Assembly (NCBI RefSeq): GCF_000497125.1
Contig: NC_090597.1
Span: forward strand, 186,001 to 233,856
DNA from: Spironucleus salmonicida
Lineage: Eukaryota
DNA: 47,856 bases
Direction of reading: 5' to 3'
Below the pieces are notes generated by a model. That model saw nothing but the letters and a program-made list of their open reading frames with translations. It had not been told where the DNA came from and did not search any database. Positions 1-16,596 of this stretch are shown here, piece after piece; position 1 is the stretch's first letter; every line of letters begins with the position of its first letter. Position numbers and translations under genes: made by a program.

Positions 1-1830
1 TCAACATTACTAATAGATCAATTTTAGCTGCCTGAAGAACTGAATGTTTGACACATTACAAGGAAATAAATAAAATCATACATATAATCTACATAATTTA
101 GTTTATATCTCTATACTAATTTTGAATGTTATTCAGAGATTTACCTTTAAGAGATTTAGCTGTTGGAAGTCTATCTGGCAACACTGTTTATATTTCACAG
201 CATCATAAGCAATCTAAGATTTCTTAGTATAAATTTAAAATGAATTTTAATATATAGACAACTTAATTAGATATGTACAGTTAATTAAATATGTTGAAAT
301 ATAAATGCAATAAAAATTTACAGCTGAAGAAAAATTATAATTCTTCTAATAGGTAGTCACAATTATCAAAGAATAATTGAAATCAAATATTAAATGATAC
401 CAATTTAAAAATTAACATATCCCGTTTTAGGAAGTATTATTTGCAGTAAATTATTATTCCTTCTTTGCAGATCATACTCGAAATAGAAATATTTGGCGAA
501 ATATACGAAACACATACTTACTAAACTACAAGGTTTAACGAAAAAAATTATAAAGGTGTTTTTTTATAAAATCATAGATGTTTAGCAAAACATTAAATTC
601 AGATTAAGCTGATTACACAAATGAATACTTTTTAGAATAATTAACAGAAGATTGTAACTTTGATTATAAATATGTTGACGGAATAGCTTACATAAAATAA
701 AAATATTATCTGGAGTTTATAGAAATCAAATTACATTAAGTGATAAAGACGTTTTATAAATTATTATTAAATACAACTTATGGCAAAATAGAATAGAACG
801 TTATAAGACCATCAGTATCATTTGATAGAGGTGATTTTGCATTTAATAAATATGATGAATAATTGCACAAAGATTGCAAGATATAAATAATTGGTTAAAA
901 CATGTTTAAGAATAATTATAGTTACGAAGAATAATTATAGCAAGCACAAATATCTTAATCAAACACATCTTTCGCAGGAAAAATTAATTCTGTCGCAAGA
1001 ACAATGTTGTATACTTTAATCTGCTTTGTAGTAGCAAATTACCATTCATTAGCTCGTAAAGCAGCAGAGGTGAGTTTCAGAAAAACTATCACAATTTTAT
1101 CATTAGGTTTTCGCAAACAATAAAATCACGACACCTTTATCAAAACTCAATTAGCTGTTTTATAAAATACTCAATTGAAACTTACTACCAGTAAATTATT
1201 GTGAACTATATCATTCATAGTTGATACCAAAAGTATCATCTGCTAAATCAAGAATAGAAATGCTATCAAGTCTGATCAAAGAGCAAAATGTTGTTTAAGT
1301 TATGCTATGTAAAGCCAAAAAAAGATGAAATAAAAAATAAATACAAGTATGTTTTAACGGTTAATGAGGTGTCCAAACTAATTACTCACAATGATATAAC
1401 AGTAAATTTAGAAGTGGGACAATAATATAATTAACCGTTTAATGCTGTCAGTGGTTGAGCCAGTATATTTGGTAAACTTGGTTCCGTAGTAGAGCCAATC
1501 GCAAGGCAGTTAGCATACTTGTAGAATGTTAGTTATAAACTAATAAATTCTGTAATCTTATACTCTTTTAAAAATAGTAATTATTGAAAAATCTTTATCT
1601 CATTGGTGACTAGAGTTTTTGTGCCCTTATTACATCTGGTTGAAGCGTTGTTTGGAAAACCATTTAATTTATATAATATGAGCAGGAACAGATTCATTTT
1701 GTGGAGATTATGACATGCCTGGTGGAAGCATATTTTGGGGAAGTTCCCTTTTATTAAGACAATAAATGATGGAAGACAAAGATAAATAAAATATAATTAA
1801 GGTTGCAAATTAAAATTAATCTATTATTGA
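1..1830 (+). CDS. Probable 3' part of a hypothetical protein, broken by several frameshifts
   Basis: In code 6, protein-like stretches switch between frames (e.g. QAIQDFLVQIQNEFQYIDNLIRYVQL; ITHNDITVNLEVGQQYNQPF; CLVEAYFGEVPFIKTINDG). No family recognised and the boundaries are approximate. Confidence 0.3.
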
Positions 1831-2029
1831 ATATGTTGATAGGATATATTAAAAATAAACTTTAACTGTAAAAAAACGATTCAAATTTATGTTTAAATTA
1901 TAATAATTAGACACAGCAGATGTATTAAATTTTTATAATATAAAATTAATTTTTATAGTCTGAGTAATAATTATAATAATTTATTTGATACTGATAGAAT
2001 TAAAATCCTGCGTATTTTTAATATAAATA

Positions 2030-2901
2030 TATTATTATAGTACGATAATATCCAAATCGATCTTTAGATACGAGAAAATTACCAAAATATATGTTAAGTA
2101 TGTAATCAAAATTCCATTCACAAAGTAAATAATATATATTAATATTTGGTAATTTTTTCCTTCCTTAAATGCTTGAAAAATTATTTACGGATATAATATA
2201 CGCTAATTCATTAGAATAATATGAAATTGCTTCATAGTTAATATAAAATGAGATGAGTACATATAAGTTTCCATTATAATGCGTTTAGATAATAGATATT
2301 AATTCTAGCAATAAAATCATATTAATAACATAAACACAGTTTAAAGTTTTCTTACATCTTAAAAATATTAACGTAAAGTAATAGATGTTATCCATGTCTA
2401 CTAAAATTCTAGTCAATTCATTGTCTGCATAATAATTTTAAGTTAATTATGAAACTTTTTACATATGTTTAGACAATTTACCACTTATTGATTCAATGAA
2501 TTATATTAATAGTTTAATGTAATCTTTAACTCAAGACTAATTTTATACAGGATATGGTATATTTCGAGAAATTCTGCGAACTGTAAATTGCTCGTGATTC
2601 CTTATCTTAGGTCAATTACATCGAACCCACGTTGAAAAGCTGCATAAACTCGTCCCTATGGTTATCACTTATTTTCACTCTTTTAACAGCAGGTGATGAA
2701 AGTGCATGCAATGGATGACCAGTTCCACAAAAATAATATTCAAATAAGTTAACACACTTAGTATTTTATGTATCCTACATCAGCAGTGATTTTCTCAAAA
2801 TCGTACAAGCACATGAAATAACAGATTTTGGGGTCTCTTTACACTTAAGTCACTAAGTGTTCTATGTCTTTATTAATAATAAGTTCAAATATTGTACACA
2901 T
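2030..2901 (-). CDS. Hypothetical protein, frameshifted
   Basis: ATG at 2901 gives MCTIFELIINKDIEHLVTQVQ. An adjacent frame continues ETPKSVISCACTILRKSLLMQDTQNTKCVNLFEYYFCGTGHPLHALSSPAVK. The 3' end is uncertain. Confidence 0.3.
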
Positions 2902-3057
2902 TAATAAAAATAAATACACTATATAATATTTATTAATCAGGTATTTTCTGGCGATTATAATAAATTGTGATATTGTTTTATTATAAATTATGAATTTAAT
3001 AATGCGAAAATTGATAGGTGCCAGCTTATTAAAGTAAAATTTAAGATTTTATAATTA

Positions 3058-4826
3058 ATGAATCTAGAAAATTTAATTTCTTACCAAGTAAATTTGAGCT
3101 ATTTAGTTAGCTCAAAATAAGACTTCTTGAAGATTTAAACTCTTTAAACCTTCACTTTATTATATCTAACTATTTGTCATAAATAGAATTCTTCTGGCTC
3201 AAAATTCATTTTATCTAATTTTAGTAATATATCTTATAATATATAATTGTTCTCTACTTTATACATCTTAAAAAAATGGAGCTTTTATAAAAGTTTTATT
3301 TTGACTCTTCTTACGATCTTTAAATGTATTCATTTATCTTTAAATCATTAGTAAGTAAAGATTTAGATATCGAAGAGTTGTTGAAGTCTCATGCACGATA
3401 GATATTAAATTCACCCTATAATGAAATACAAAATGCTATTGACTAAATATAATTATTGAAAACATTTCTTCCTCGATTGTCCGAGGCATTTACACTTTAT
3501 AATCAATAGTATGATATGATCCATAACATACAAGACTACACTAGTTAAATTTATATTTCTGAGTTACCTTTTATTAGTATTTTTCCTGAAATTTTATTGG
3601 ATAATTTTGAAGCATATCCGCAAGAAACTACTAATTTATATGAGTTTTTCGTATAATTTGTACCAACATAAGCAGCTGATTTAAATAAAGCTTTAACATA
3701 ATTTTTAGCATAACAGAACCAATAATTTATTAACTAGTACGAAAATAATGATTAAATTGTTGATAAGCTACTAAAACGTGTTAAAGCGATATCGTTATTC
3801 TCATCTTCCTGCAAAATTGATTATCAGACACATCAAGAAACGCTTTCATAATTACATAACGAAATTGTCCTAAAGCATTTTGAGCTATTTTTCAATGCAG
3901 CGGTAGCTGAAAATTCGTCAGAAATAGGTCATTTCATGCTGTTTGCACGCGATTCAACTTGCATTACCAAAACGCAAAATCTCATCGAAAAAACCTTTCT
4001 AAACGACCTCAAAAACACGCAAATAGCCAATTTAACCACAAAAATTCACACAATAGCTCAAAATTTACTCGTTATCTTTGGCTTCGACTTCAAATCGACC
4101 CTCGCCTCAGCGGTTCGCACCGCGCACTCGCAAAACTACAGTTTTCAAATGCACGCCGTCGCAGCCGCGCTAACCAGCGAAATAAGCCTTCTGCAGTACG
4201 TCAAGCACCCGTTCGCAATATTTTACTTTTTGCAGCTTTTCCCCCTGCAATCGACCGAGAAACAGCGGAAAATCATCGATTTCCTGTCGCAAAACGACTC
4301 AGAACTGGCCAATGACGCCAGAATCGTCAGCAGAGGCTGGATTTTGACCAGCGAGCGCTTTTCGTTCCCGGAGCTTCTGTGCGACAATTAGCTGCTTTTC
4401 GGGGTGGCCAAAGTCGGTTTTAGCGTTAAAGACAATGATAATATCAACATTATAAATATAAATACCATCTAGACCCTCCCCACCGCGTACGCATTCCTTT
4501 TCTGCGGAAAAATTTTTCCCGTAGAAAAAAATTTGCTGGAAATCGCGAAATCGCAAATTTCGGACTTCGAAAAACGCGTTTTGGGGGGCGAAAAAATTTG
4601 CGGAGAAATTCCGATTTTGCCGGCAAAAAATCTTCAAATTCACGAAAATTTTGAGGCCAAAGAAACGGAAAATGACGTTTTCGCGCGGGGCCGAATTTGC
4701 AGGAAAGTGAAAATTTCTGGGCGCGTGGGAATTGGCGAATTCGGTTAAGACGAAAATGGCAGTTTGCAGGCCTTGCTCGCGGAGGGCTGGGTGGTTCAAA
4801 TTGGGGGGTATGTTGAGTTTGATTGA
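3058..4826 (+). CDS. Highly divergent cullin-family protein (~590 aa), one apparent frameshift near the A-run at ~3270-3276
   Basis: Code-6 frame is open from 3276 to TGA 4824-4826. Cullin-like motifs occur in the expected order: ISLLQYVKHPFAIFYFLQL..STEKQRKIIDFL, ARIVSRGW, LLFGVAKV, ARGRICRKVK (cf. IVRIMK neddylation motif) and LQALLAEGWV (cf. IEGLIEREYL). Confidence 0.6.
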
Positions 4827-5010
4827 ATGTTGAGATTGTGATTATTATGTGATAATAATAATATTATGTAAATTGAGGAATTTAAAATTTTGCCGTAGAA
4901 AAAAATTATTCTACAAAAGAAGTATTATCAAATAATATTGATGTACACTTTTTCACCACTCCTTTTTTATACAACATGTATTTATTTGCATTATTACGCC
5001 TAGTTAAAAA

Positions 5011-5030
5011 TTTTCACTCCACAACAAATG
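5011..5030 (+). promoter_or_regulatory. C-containing pyrimidine tract followed by an A-run and ATG (putative initiator/promoter context)
   Basis: ttttcactccacaacaaATG. Similar contexts precede GH35 (cacacttactttcataaATG), the CRMP at 14410 (taccacttctttcaaATG), the CRMP at 24394 (ttccgccctaaaATG) and PFOR (ttctcaaaaATG). Confidence 0.35.
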
Positions 5031-6611
5031 GCTGATCTCGAAGATATGTCGTGTTTCCAGTGCGAGCAGACAGTAAAGCCGTCAGGCTGCCACACAATGG
5101 GTGTTTGCTCCAAAAATCCCAGAATTGCTGCGCTGCAGGACTTGATCATCTACGGCGCCCCACTCTCCGATGCGCCAATCGCGAAAATCGCGTTCTGGAT
5201 GTTCACCACGCTCACGAATGTGAATTTTGACGAGCAGAAGCACCTCAACATGCTCACCGAAATGGCACTCTCCATAACCGATACTGATTTCCAGCGCATT
5301 TTCGCGGGCGTGTAAAACGACCAATACGCCGCAATTCGCGCCCGCTACTCCCCAGACGCGTGCCTAAAACGCTATGGCGCCGATATCGGCGGATTGCGCC
5401 AGTTTGGCATCCAGGGCGCCAAAGGGGCGTTCGCGTACGGCGATCACGCGCTGCGCCTTGCTGGAGTGCTCTAAATTGAAGACAGCCCGCTTTTAGACGC
5501 TCTAGAAGCCGTTAAGCGCATTTTGAACTGCTTCTGCCACGAGACTGCTACAATCCAATAACTTCTTGAGCAGAACCTGGCCCTGGGGGCACAGAACCTC
5601 ATTATCACGCAGAAACTTGACGATTTTTCACGGAAAATGCTCGGAAATCCGAAGCTCTCAAGCGCGAAAAACACGTACCGGCCCGGGAAGTGCATTCTGG
5701 TCTCTGGGCACGACCTGGCGGACCTCAAATCGCTGATTGAGCAGTGCGAAGGGAAGGGAATCGACGTGTACACGCACGGCGAGATGCTGCCAGCGCATGC
5801 GTACCCCGCATTCAGCGGCAGGCTGGCAGGCAACTTCGGCACCGCCTGGTACCGCCAGCAGACCGAATTCGCGCTCTTCCCGGGGCCGATTCTGCTCACT
5901 TCCAACTGCATTATGGAGCCCAGGAGGGCCTACATTGAGCGCATTTACGGGTCCGGTCCGGTCGCTTACGAGGGAATCCGGACGCTAGAAAACGACAAAT
6001 GGGACGATCTGATCGCGCATGCGCTGAAATGCGAGGGCTTCGTCTCGCAGGAACAGTGCGATGCTGCGTTTGCGCAAATGAACACTCTGCCTGAGCTCAC
6101 GGGCCTGGGCTTCAATCATACGCAATTTGAAGAGCTGAAGCCTGCAATTCTCGAGAAGATCAAAAGCGGGGCGATCAAAGGCTTCCGGTTCGTTGGCGGG
6201 TGCGACGGTGCGGATAGGGGCCGCAGCGTGTTCACGCGGGCCGGAATGGAGTGTCCAGACGACAAAATCATCCTCACGGGCGGTTGCGGGCGCTTCCGCG
6301 TGAACAACACGGAGCACGGCACGATAGAAGGTGTTCCCAGACTGCTAGACGTCGGGCAGTGTAGCGACGTGTACTCTGCGATTTTGATCCTCGTTAGCCT
6401 TGCTAAGGCGCTCGATGCTGCGTCAGTGAACGCGCTCCCGATCGAGTTCTTCGTGAGCTGGTACGAGCAAAAGGCTAATATTCAGCTGCTCACGCTGCTC
6501 AGTTTGGGCGTGCAGAACATCAAATTAGGCCCTACTGCGCCAGTCGCGCTGAGCTAGAATGTGGCTGGTATTTTTGCTGAGCGCTATGGCGTTAGCTTTG
6601 TGAGGGACTGA
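5028..6611 (+). CDS. hcp: Hybrid cluster protein (hydroxylamine reductase / prismane), 527 aa
   Basis: N-terminal CFQCEQT..C..GVC Fe-S motif, then SGHDL, HGEMLPAH, TSNCI, GGCDG, GQCSD and WYEQKA. It is one frame once TAA 5313, 5472, 5559 and TAG 6555 are read as Gln; TGA at 6609-6611. Confidence 0.97.
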
Positions 6612-6674
6612 TCATTTAAACATTCATTTTAAACAAAATATGGGTTTTACTGATATAACACAATTGTTAATTCG

Positions 6675-8435
6675 TCACTCTTTATTACATTCTTGGCCGT
6701 GCTCGACCTGTCCAGCAGGGCAGGCGAAGGCCAGCTCGAAGCCAGCAACTTAAACTTAAGTTAATGTGCTGATAACGTCGAGAACGGTAATTTCGTTGAT
6801 CCCAGATTTGAGATAAACTCCAGGGCAGTACATTCTAGAGTAGTGATTCTTAGACTGGTCGTCTTTGACATTCCAGTATCTGCCGATGTTGATACCATTA
6901 ACAAATACATAACCTTTCTTGAAGTTCTTCAAGTCCAGGTACGTGTCAGTTTGGTTAGCCGTGAACTGGCCTTGGAAAAGACCACCAATGAAGCTTCCTT
7001 CGGTAAGTTTCTCTACAGGTTTGAAGTTTTCAATATCTAGCAAACTGAGCTTAAAATTAGTCATTTTGGAGTTATTGAAGAGGTTTAAGCCCCAAAGACC
7101 TTTTAAGTCGTCGGTATAAGAATATCCTGGGAATCCAGAATGACCACTAGTGTCAACAACAATCTTGAGTAACCCTGATTTGGTATCCTCGATGAGATAG
7201 TTAAAACTAACATCCTATTATCTATCAAAAGTATGAATTAGTTCGCCGTCAAGATAAATTTAGGCGTAATCTCTAACTTTTTCGAAAGAAAATATACCAG
7301 ATGAGTTGGGAGTTATCTATATTTCATAAATTCCCATACCTTCTCTTTAGTTTTATGACTCAAATGTTGGTGGCTCTACAAAAGTTCCTTTGCTGACGAA
7401 GTTTTAGGCCTCGATTGTTCCTACTTTCTTCATTGTAAATTCTTAAACAGATTACATAGGTAAAACATCAACTTTATCTTCATTTGAACCCTTGATTTAT
7501 TTTTATAATCTTAAAAATGAAGGGGTAGGATATCCATTTTCAGTAAGGGGTGCACCAAAATCATTGCTTGTAGTGTACGCATCATAAGTCATAGAACTAA
7601 TGCCACCTGCCTCTAAACCAAAACTAGTACCACCACAAATTGGGAAGAAAATCATGCTCTGCTTATTTTTCAACTCGTCTTAAATTCTCAGAATTTTTTA
7701 CTTTGGTGAATCGGACAGATAGGTTGTAGCACCGCCTGTATACTTGTTTCCATAATAAACAGGCCAGTGAGGCCATGATTTTTATACTGTATCAACTTCA
7801 TATTACTCAACACTCCCGCTAAGACCTATTGCTGCACCTTGTAGATTGTTAAGTTTAGTTGCAGATTCTAAAAGAGTGAATGGACCGAATATACCATTAG
7901 AAATATACAGTTAACGTAGTAAACGTAAATAATCTCCACTGACAGAATCAAGTCCGGTTAATTAATCAAGTTGAATCATGGCAACATTTTCAACATTCTT
8001 TTTGACTATTTCAGATACAGCCTAAATATATGCAGAAACTCCAGCTACCCAAACTTTATCATTGACATCTCTAGAAGAAACATTGATGTAATGCATTCTT
8101 ATGGGAACTCCTCCAATAGCAGTATAATAGTGTGATTGAGGACCAGGTCTAAGAATAAGCTATAAATCATGCTTTTTACATAATTAAATAAAATTAGATA
8201 GATTGTTTTACTCAGTGGTAAAATCTAAACTTCCATCTGCTTATTCAATGGCATTCCAGTTGAGCTAAACAACCATCGTATTGATTCCCATGGTTTTAGC
8301 AGATATAATTCTATTTTCCCAATATTAGTGAGGGATTCTGATTAAATCAATAGCTCCACCTACTATTTGAAACTCTTAATCATCTAAAGTAAATTAAGTT
8401 CGATTCCAACCAAAAATTGATAATGCGATTAACAT
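6675..8435 (-). CDS. Glycoside hydrolase family 35 (beta-galactosidase)-like protein, 586 aa, catalytic Glu residues absent
   Basis: FTLDDQEFQIVGGAIDLIRIPHQYWENRI, LILRPGP, GGTSFG, TSNDFGAPLTENG and KGYVFVNGINIGRYW. Short hydrophobic N-terminus MLIALSIFGW. Confidence 0.92.
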
Positions 8436-9629
8436 TTATGAAAGTAAGTGTGATAATAGTATTATATAATTTTTAACATATATTGAGTTTTATTCTTAAA
8501 TTGGCTTCACATTTTAAATAATCTCTATTACTATATAATATATTGTTTCAATATACTTTGGTATTATCAATTAGTAAATCATTTTATTTATTTTGTAAAA
8601 TGAAGCAAAAAAACATAGTATATCATTTATTATTAAAATACAAGTGATTTATCACTGATAATATCAAAATATGCAGTTTCAACAGATAAATTACATACCA
8701 TAAAAATATTACGAGAATAAAATTTAATTTCCCTAGAGGACTACATAAATATACTTCCACGAGGAGCACAATGTTAAATTGACGTTTTTTTAAGTATATT
8801 TAACTATTTTTCTTCATTATATGTTTACGTGTCTTGTATTTATAATTTGTTATTTTTCTATATTAAGAATGTTTATTAGTTTATTATATAGTAATTAGAA
8901 TACATAAGTAAACATTTCGAATTTATGAAATAATTTTCCATATTGACTGAAATTATACAATAATCCTTATTTTCCCCGTGTTTTAATTATTTATAGAGTA
9001 AAGGTACAAGAGAAAGAAATATAATACGACATATTATATATATTAATTTTTGCGTATTTCTCTATACATCTAATGATTTATATATTTTTAAAAAATTCAT
9101 CTATTAGTATATTCTATTGGTATATAAATATAAATAAAAATAAAAAAGTAAGTTTAAATTATCATAAACACAGTCTTCTTATAAATTTTACAAAATCATA
9201 AAGTGAATACATAGGTTGCAAAGGATAAATTCACAAAATTTATACATATTTTCTATAAATCAATATAATAATAATAATTATTATTATTTTTGCTTTACTA
9301 ATTTGTATTTATTGTTTTATAGATAACATATTTTATGCGTAACTTATACATAAATCTTGAAAAGATTTGCAAAAACAACATGTTATGAAAATTATATCAT
9401 TGAATCGATTATTGATTTTTATTAACCCGCAACAAACCGGAAATATTCATCTTAACCATTTAGTTTTATATAATTGTTACATACTCAATGTATAAAATGT
9501 TAATTTTAATGATTATTACCTTATATAATTCTATTATAAAATATACAAAATTTGTATACCTAAAATAGAGTAATAATAGAATAACTATTATCTTAATTAA
9601 GATTTTACAAAATCAATTTATTCTCAAAA

Positions 9630-13187
<3,558 letters not shown>

Positions 13188-13285
13188 AAGATTTTCATTT
13201 AATCATTTTTCTTTTTGTTCATTAATATTATTTAATTTTAAAAAATAAATATCTATAGATTAAAGTTAGTTCTTTATAATAAAAT

Positions 13286-13358
13286 TACCGGTGACGGGGC
13301 TCGAACCCGCGACCACAGGATTAAGAGTCCTGTGCTCTACCGACTGAGCTACACCGGC
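13286..13358 (-). tRNA. trnK-CUU: tRNA-Lys, anticodon CUU
   Basis: Reverse complement GCCGGTGTAGCTCAGTCGGTAGAGCACAGGACTCTTAATCCTGTGGTCGCGGGTTCGAGCCCCGTCACCGGTA forms a cloverleaf with anticodon arm CAGGA-CT CTT AA-TCCTG and a GTTCGA T-loop. Confidence 0.96.
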
Positions 13359-13456
13359 ATATTGTTTACATTAAATATTAATCTAGTAAATCTTAAAACA
13401 GAAAATATGGAAACTAGGTGAACAATTATAATTCAAAAGATGTCAATGATAATAAT

Positions 13457-13801
13457 TCACTTTGTAGTCCATTCTTTTCTATAGCTGAGCTCTTTCTTCT
13501 TGAAATAAGCAGTTTTCCACTTCATAGCCTATTGCAAATCATTAGAGGATACTCTTGTTTTTATTATGTTGAGTTCTACTTATTCAGAGGTTTCACCTTA
13601 ATTGGTAGTCGAAAGTTAAAGGTTTTCAGGAATTTACTATGAAACTTTTAAAGTATTGATCAGACTTGACTTTTGTAAAGCAGGAGTCTACTTTTATGGG
13701 GTATACTCACTAAAAGCAGGTTTTAGTTCGTAGATCTTTTATATTTTTAAGTCAATCTCTTCCAAAATATCTTTCGTAAGCGTTTTCGAAGTTCGGCGCA
13801 T
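13457..13801 (-). CDS. Hypothetical basic protein, 114 aa
   Basis: Code-6 ORF MRRTSKTLTKDILEEIDLKIQKIYELKP...AMKWKTAYFKKKELSYRKEWTTK, ending in AAG-TGA (AGTGA signal). Confidence 0.6.
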
Positions 13802-14409
13802 TTACTATACATAATAGATAGTATATAATATTCTAGTATAAAATTAGCAATGGATATTGTTTAGTACTTATTTTGCGAATGATGAAAATCGTAATCTACT
13901 ACTCAGAAGTGCATGAGTGTAATTAAAATACTACTAAGCTGATGTAATTTAGTAGTACTATATAATTGTTATATAATTTTGTTGTTAGACAGTTAAAAAA
14001 ATAGTTCTGCCTAATATTAAATATATAAAGTATTGACTATATACGTGATATGTTCTCTTTATGATATTATATAAATGTATTTTCTATATTGATTAGATAA
14101 AATATTCACATATGTGAATTAACATATTTTATAAATATTAAATTATTATAATAAAAATATTATTATAGTTAGTTTATACTAGTTTTGGAAAAATAATATA
14201 AGTGATATGTATTATTAATAATAATTCAGGATTATAATATTAATTTTTTATAAAAATTAGTAATATAATAAGTATTATTTTAATATTTAAAAATAAATTC
14301 TTTGATAATAAGTTATCTAGATATAATTAAATATATTGCATAATTTCTAAGAAAGTAATAATGTATAATAACATATAATAATAATTAATTATAGTACCAC
14401 TTCTTTCAA

Positions 14410-16596
14410 ATGGATTCATGTTAAGACAAATGTGTTGAAGGTTAATATTGTGATACTACAACAAATACTTGCGCAAATTGCAAGGTTACTTATTGCTCAA
14501 TCTGTAATGGGCCAGAATAGACTTGTTAAAAATGTTTAAATAGACATTATCAAGACGGTCAAGAATGTATCTCCTGTAGTATTAGTAGCAGGAAATAATG
14601 CATTTGCGGATAAGCTAAAAATTGTGTTACTTGTAACGATTTGGGTGATTCCTGCGAAGAATGCATGCTTGGATTTGATAAGAAAAATATTACAGATAGT
14701 AGTTGTGATATATGTGCTGATGGTTTTATTATGGTTAAAGATAAGTGTTAAAGATGCGCTGCAGGTTGTGATACTTGTTCGAGTATTGATAAATGTGACT
14801 CTTGCAAACCTGGTTTTGAAATGACCATTAATCAGGTCTGCCAAAAAAAGTGTACTGGTAACATAGTCTATAATGAGACTTGTTTGAATGGTAAATATTA
14901 GGAGTGTGGCGATATAAATTAGGTAGTATAATGTAATTGCTAGTATGCAATTAATTGTCTCATTTGTGACCCATAAACTTACCTTTGCGGCTAATGCCTT
15001 CCTGGATATCAATTAAAGAAAAGTAAATGCGAAAAATGTGAGCCAGAGGCATTTTCTTTAGATAAATACTGCTTTAGCAAATGCGCTGACAAGCATTGTG
15101 CTAACTGTTCCTCTGATAATAGTTAATGCGAGGATTGCAAAGATAATTATCAATTAATAATGGGATCATGCACAAAATGTGCACACAAGAATGACACATT
15201 ATGCACCTGTGGTACCATGATTAATTGTGCATAGTGTGACCCTATTACTGGCAAAAAATGTTATGATTGTCTTATTGGATACAAGAAGAGTTCTTTAGGA
15301 AATTGCGATGACTGTGCTAACGGTTATAACAAAATAACCCAAGATGATACTTTTACCTGTAATAAATGTTCCGTGGAAAACTGCCACCAATGCGCCGCCA
15401 ATAGCGACGTTTGCACAAAATGCGAATCACGGTACTATCTTACAGGTAATACCTGCACGCTCTGCACCGTAAACAACACATAAGACTGCACCTGCCAAAA
15501 CACACCACACTGCGCCACCTGCGCCGCCTTCAACATTTCTAGATGCGACACATGCGTAAAAGGCTACAAGCATGACCTCGCCGGCGAATGCAGCAACTGC
15601 GCGGATGGCTACTGCAAGAGAATTTCCACCGACTAAACGACCTGCACGCCGTGCACAGACACGAACTGCGCCATATTCGACGTAGATAAAAATCATTGCA
15701 CCAAATGCATGAACAACTTCTCCCTAACCTCCACAAATACCTGCCAGACCTGTGCGGCTGGAAGCGCGCAAAATTGCTCATGCGGATTCTCCAAAAACTG
15801 CGAATTATGCGCCCCAGCGACGCCCAGCACCTGCGGAAGCTGCCTGAAAGGCTATAAGGCTAACGCAAGAGGCAGCTGCGTCGACTGTGACGCCGGATTC
15901 GCCATGGACACATCCAAAAAGTGCACGGAGTGCACAGTTGAGCATTGTCAAGATTGCTCAACTGATATAACGGAATGCTCGAATTGCAGGGACAGCTTTT
16001 AGCTCAGAAGTAACGTCTGCCAGCCCTGCAGCGAAACCGACAACGAGAGCTGCAACTGCGGAATTTCTATAAATTGCTCAACTTGCGATTCAACTGATAT
16101 AAGCAAATGTAATATATGCTAAACAGGCTACAAACTTGATGATGAAAAAAACTGCAGCATATGCTAAACGGGCTACTAAATGCTCAACGGAATCTGCACT
16201 TATAGCTGTAAGTTGGCGATAACAAACGGCCAATTTTGCGCATAAGAAGTTCCAACGAGTTGTGGTGATATAAGCCAAACCGTAGAATGCAAATGCGGAG
16301 ATCTCGCCAACTGCTATAAGTGCGAGAATTCGAGCTGCTCGGCCTGCCTCGGAAACTACAATCTCGACGCCGGGAACTGCGATTCCTGCGCCGCCGGCTT
16401 CGTGAAAAAGGAAGGGAACTGCGTGCAAGAGGATGCAGTTAGCCTCTCCGCTGGTGGCATTGCTGGGGTCGTTATCGCCGTCCTTTTGGTGATAGGAGGC
16501 CTTTGCGTAGGCGGCTTTTTCCTTGCCAGGCGCTGCGTCGGAAAGCGCAATTTGGGCAACGCTGAGCCGCTGAAGATCGATAATACGGTATGGTGA
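14410..16596 (+). CDS. Cysteine-rich membrane protein (VSP-like, CXXC/CXC repeats), 728 aa
   Basis: Begins MDSCQDKCVEGQYC and has repeated CxCG..NCxxC units. C-terminal TM LSAGGIAGVVIAVLLVIGGLCVGGFFLA followed by an RRCVGKR tail. Confidence 0.92.

Noticed and set aside
4299-6322. Antisense and alternative-frame ORFs in the track (e.g. 4299-4799, 5471-5911, 5985-6317)
   Set aside because: They are shadows of GC-rich real genes and show no recognisable motifs.
13286-13358. Possible UUA-anticodon Gln/suppressor tRNA (the loop contains TTA)
   Set aside because: The 5-bp stem CAGGA/TCCTG fixes the 7-nt loop CT-CTT-AA, so the anticodon is CUU (Lys).
16114-16176. 18-bp near-perfect direct repeat atatgctaaac(a/g)ggctac, 45 nt apart
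   Set aside because: Explained by adjacent ICQTGY protein repeats; it is neither a CRISPR repeat nor an element end.
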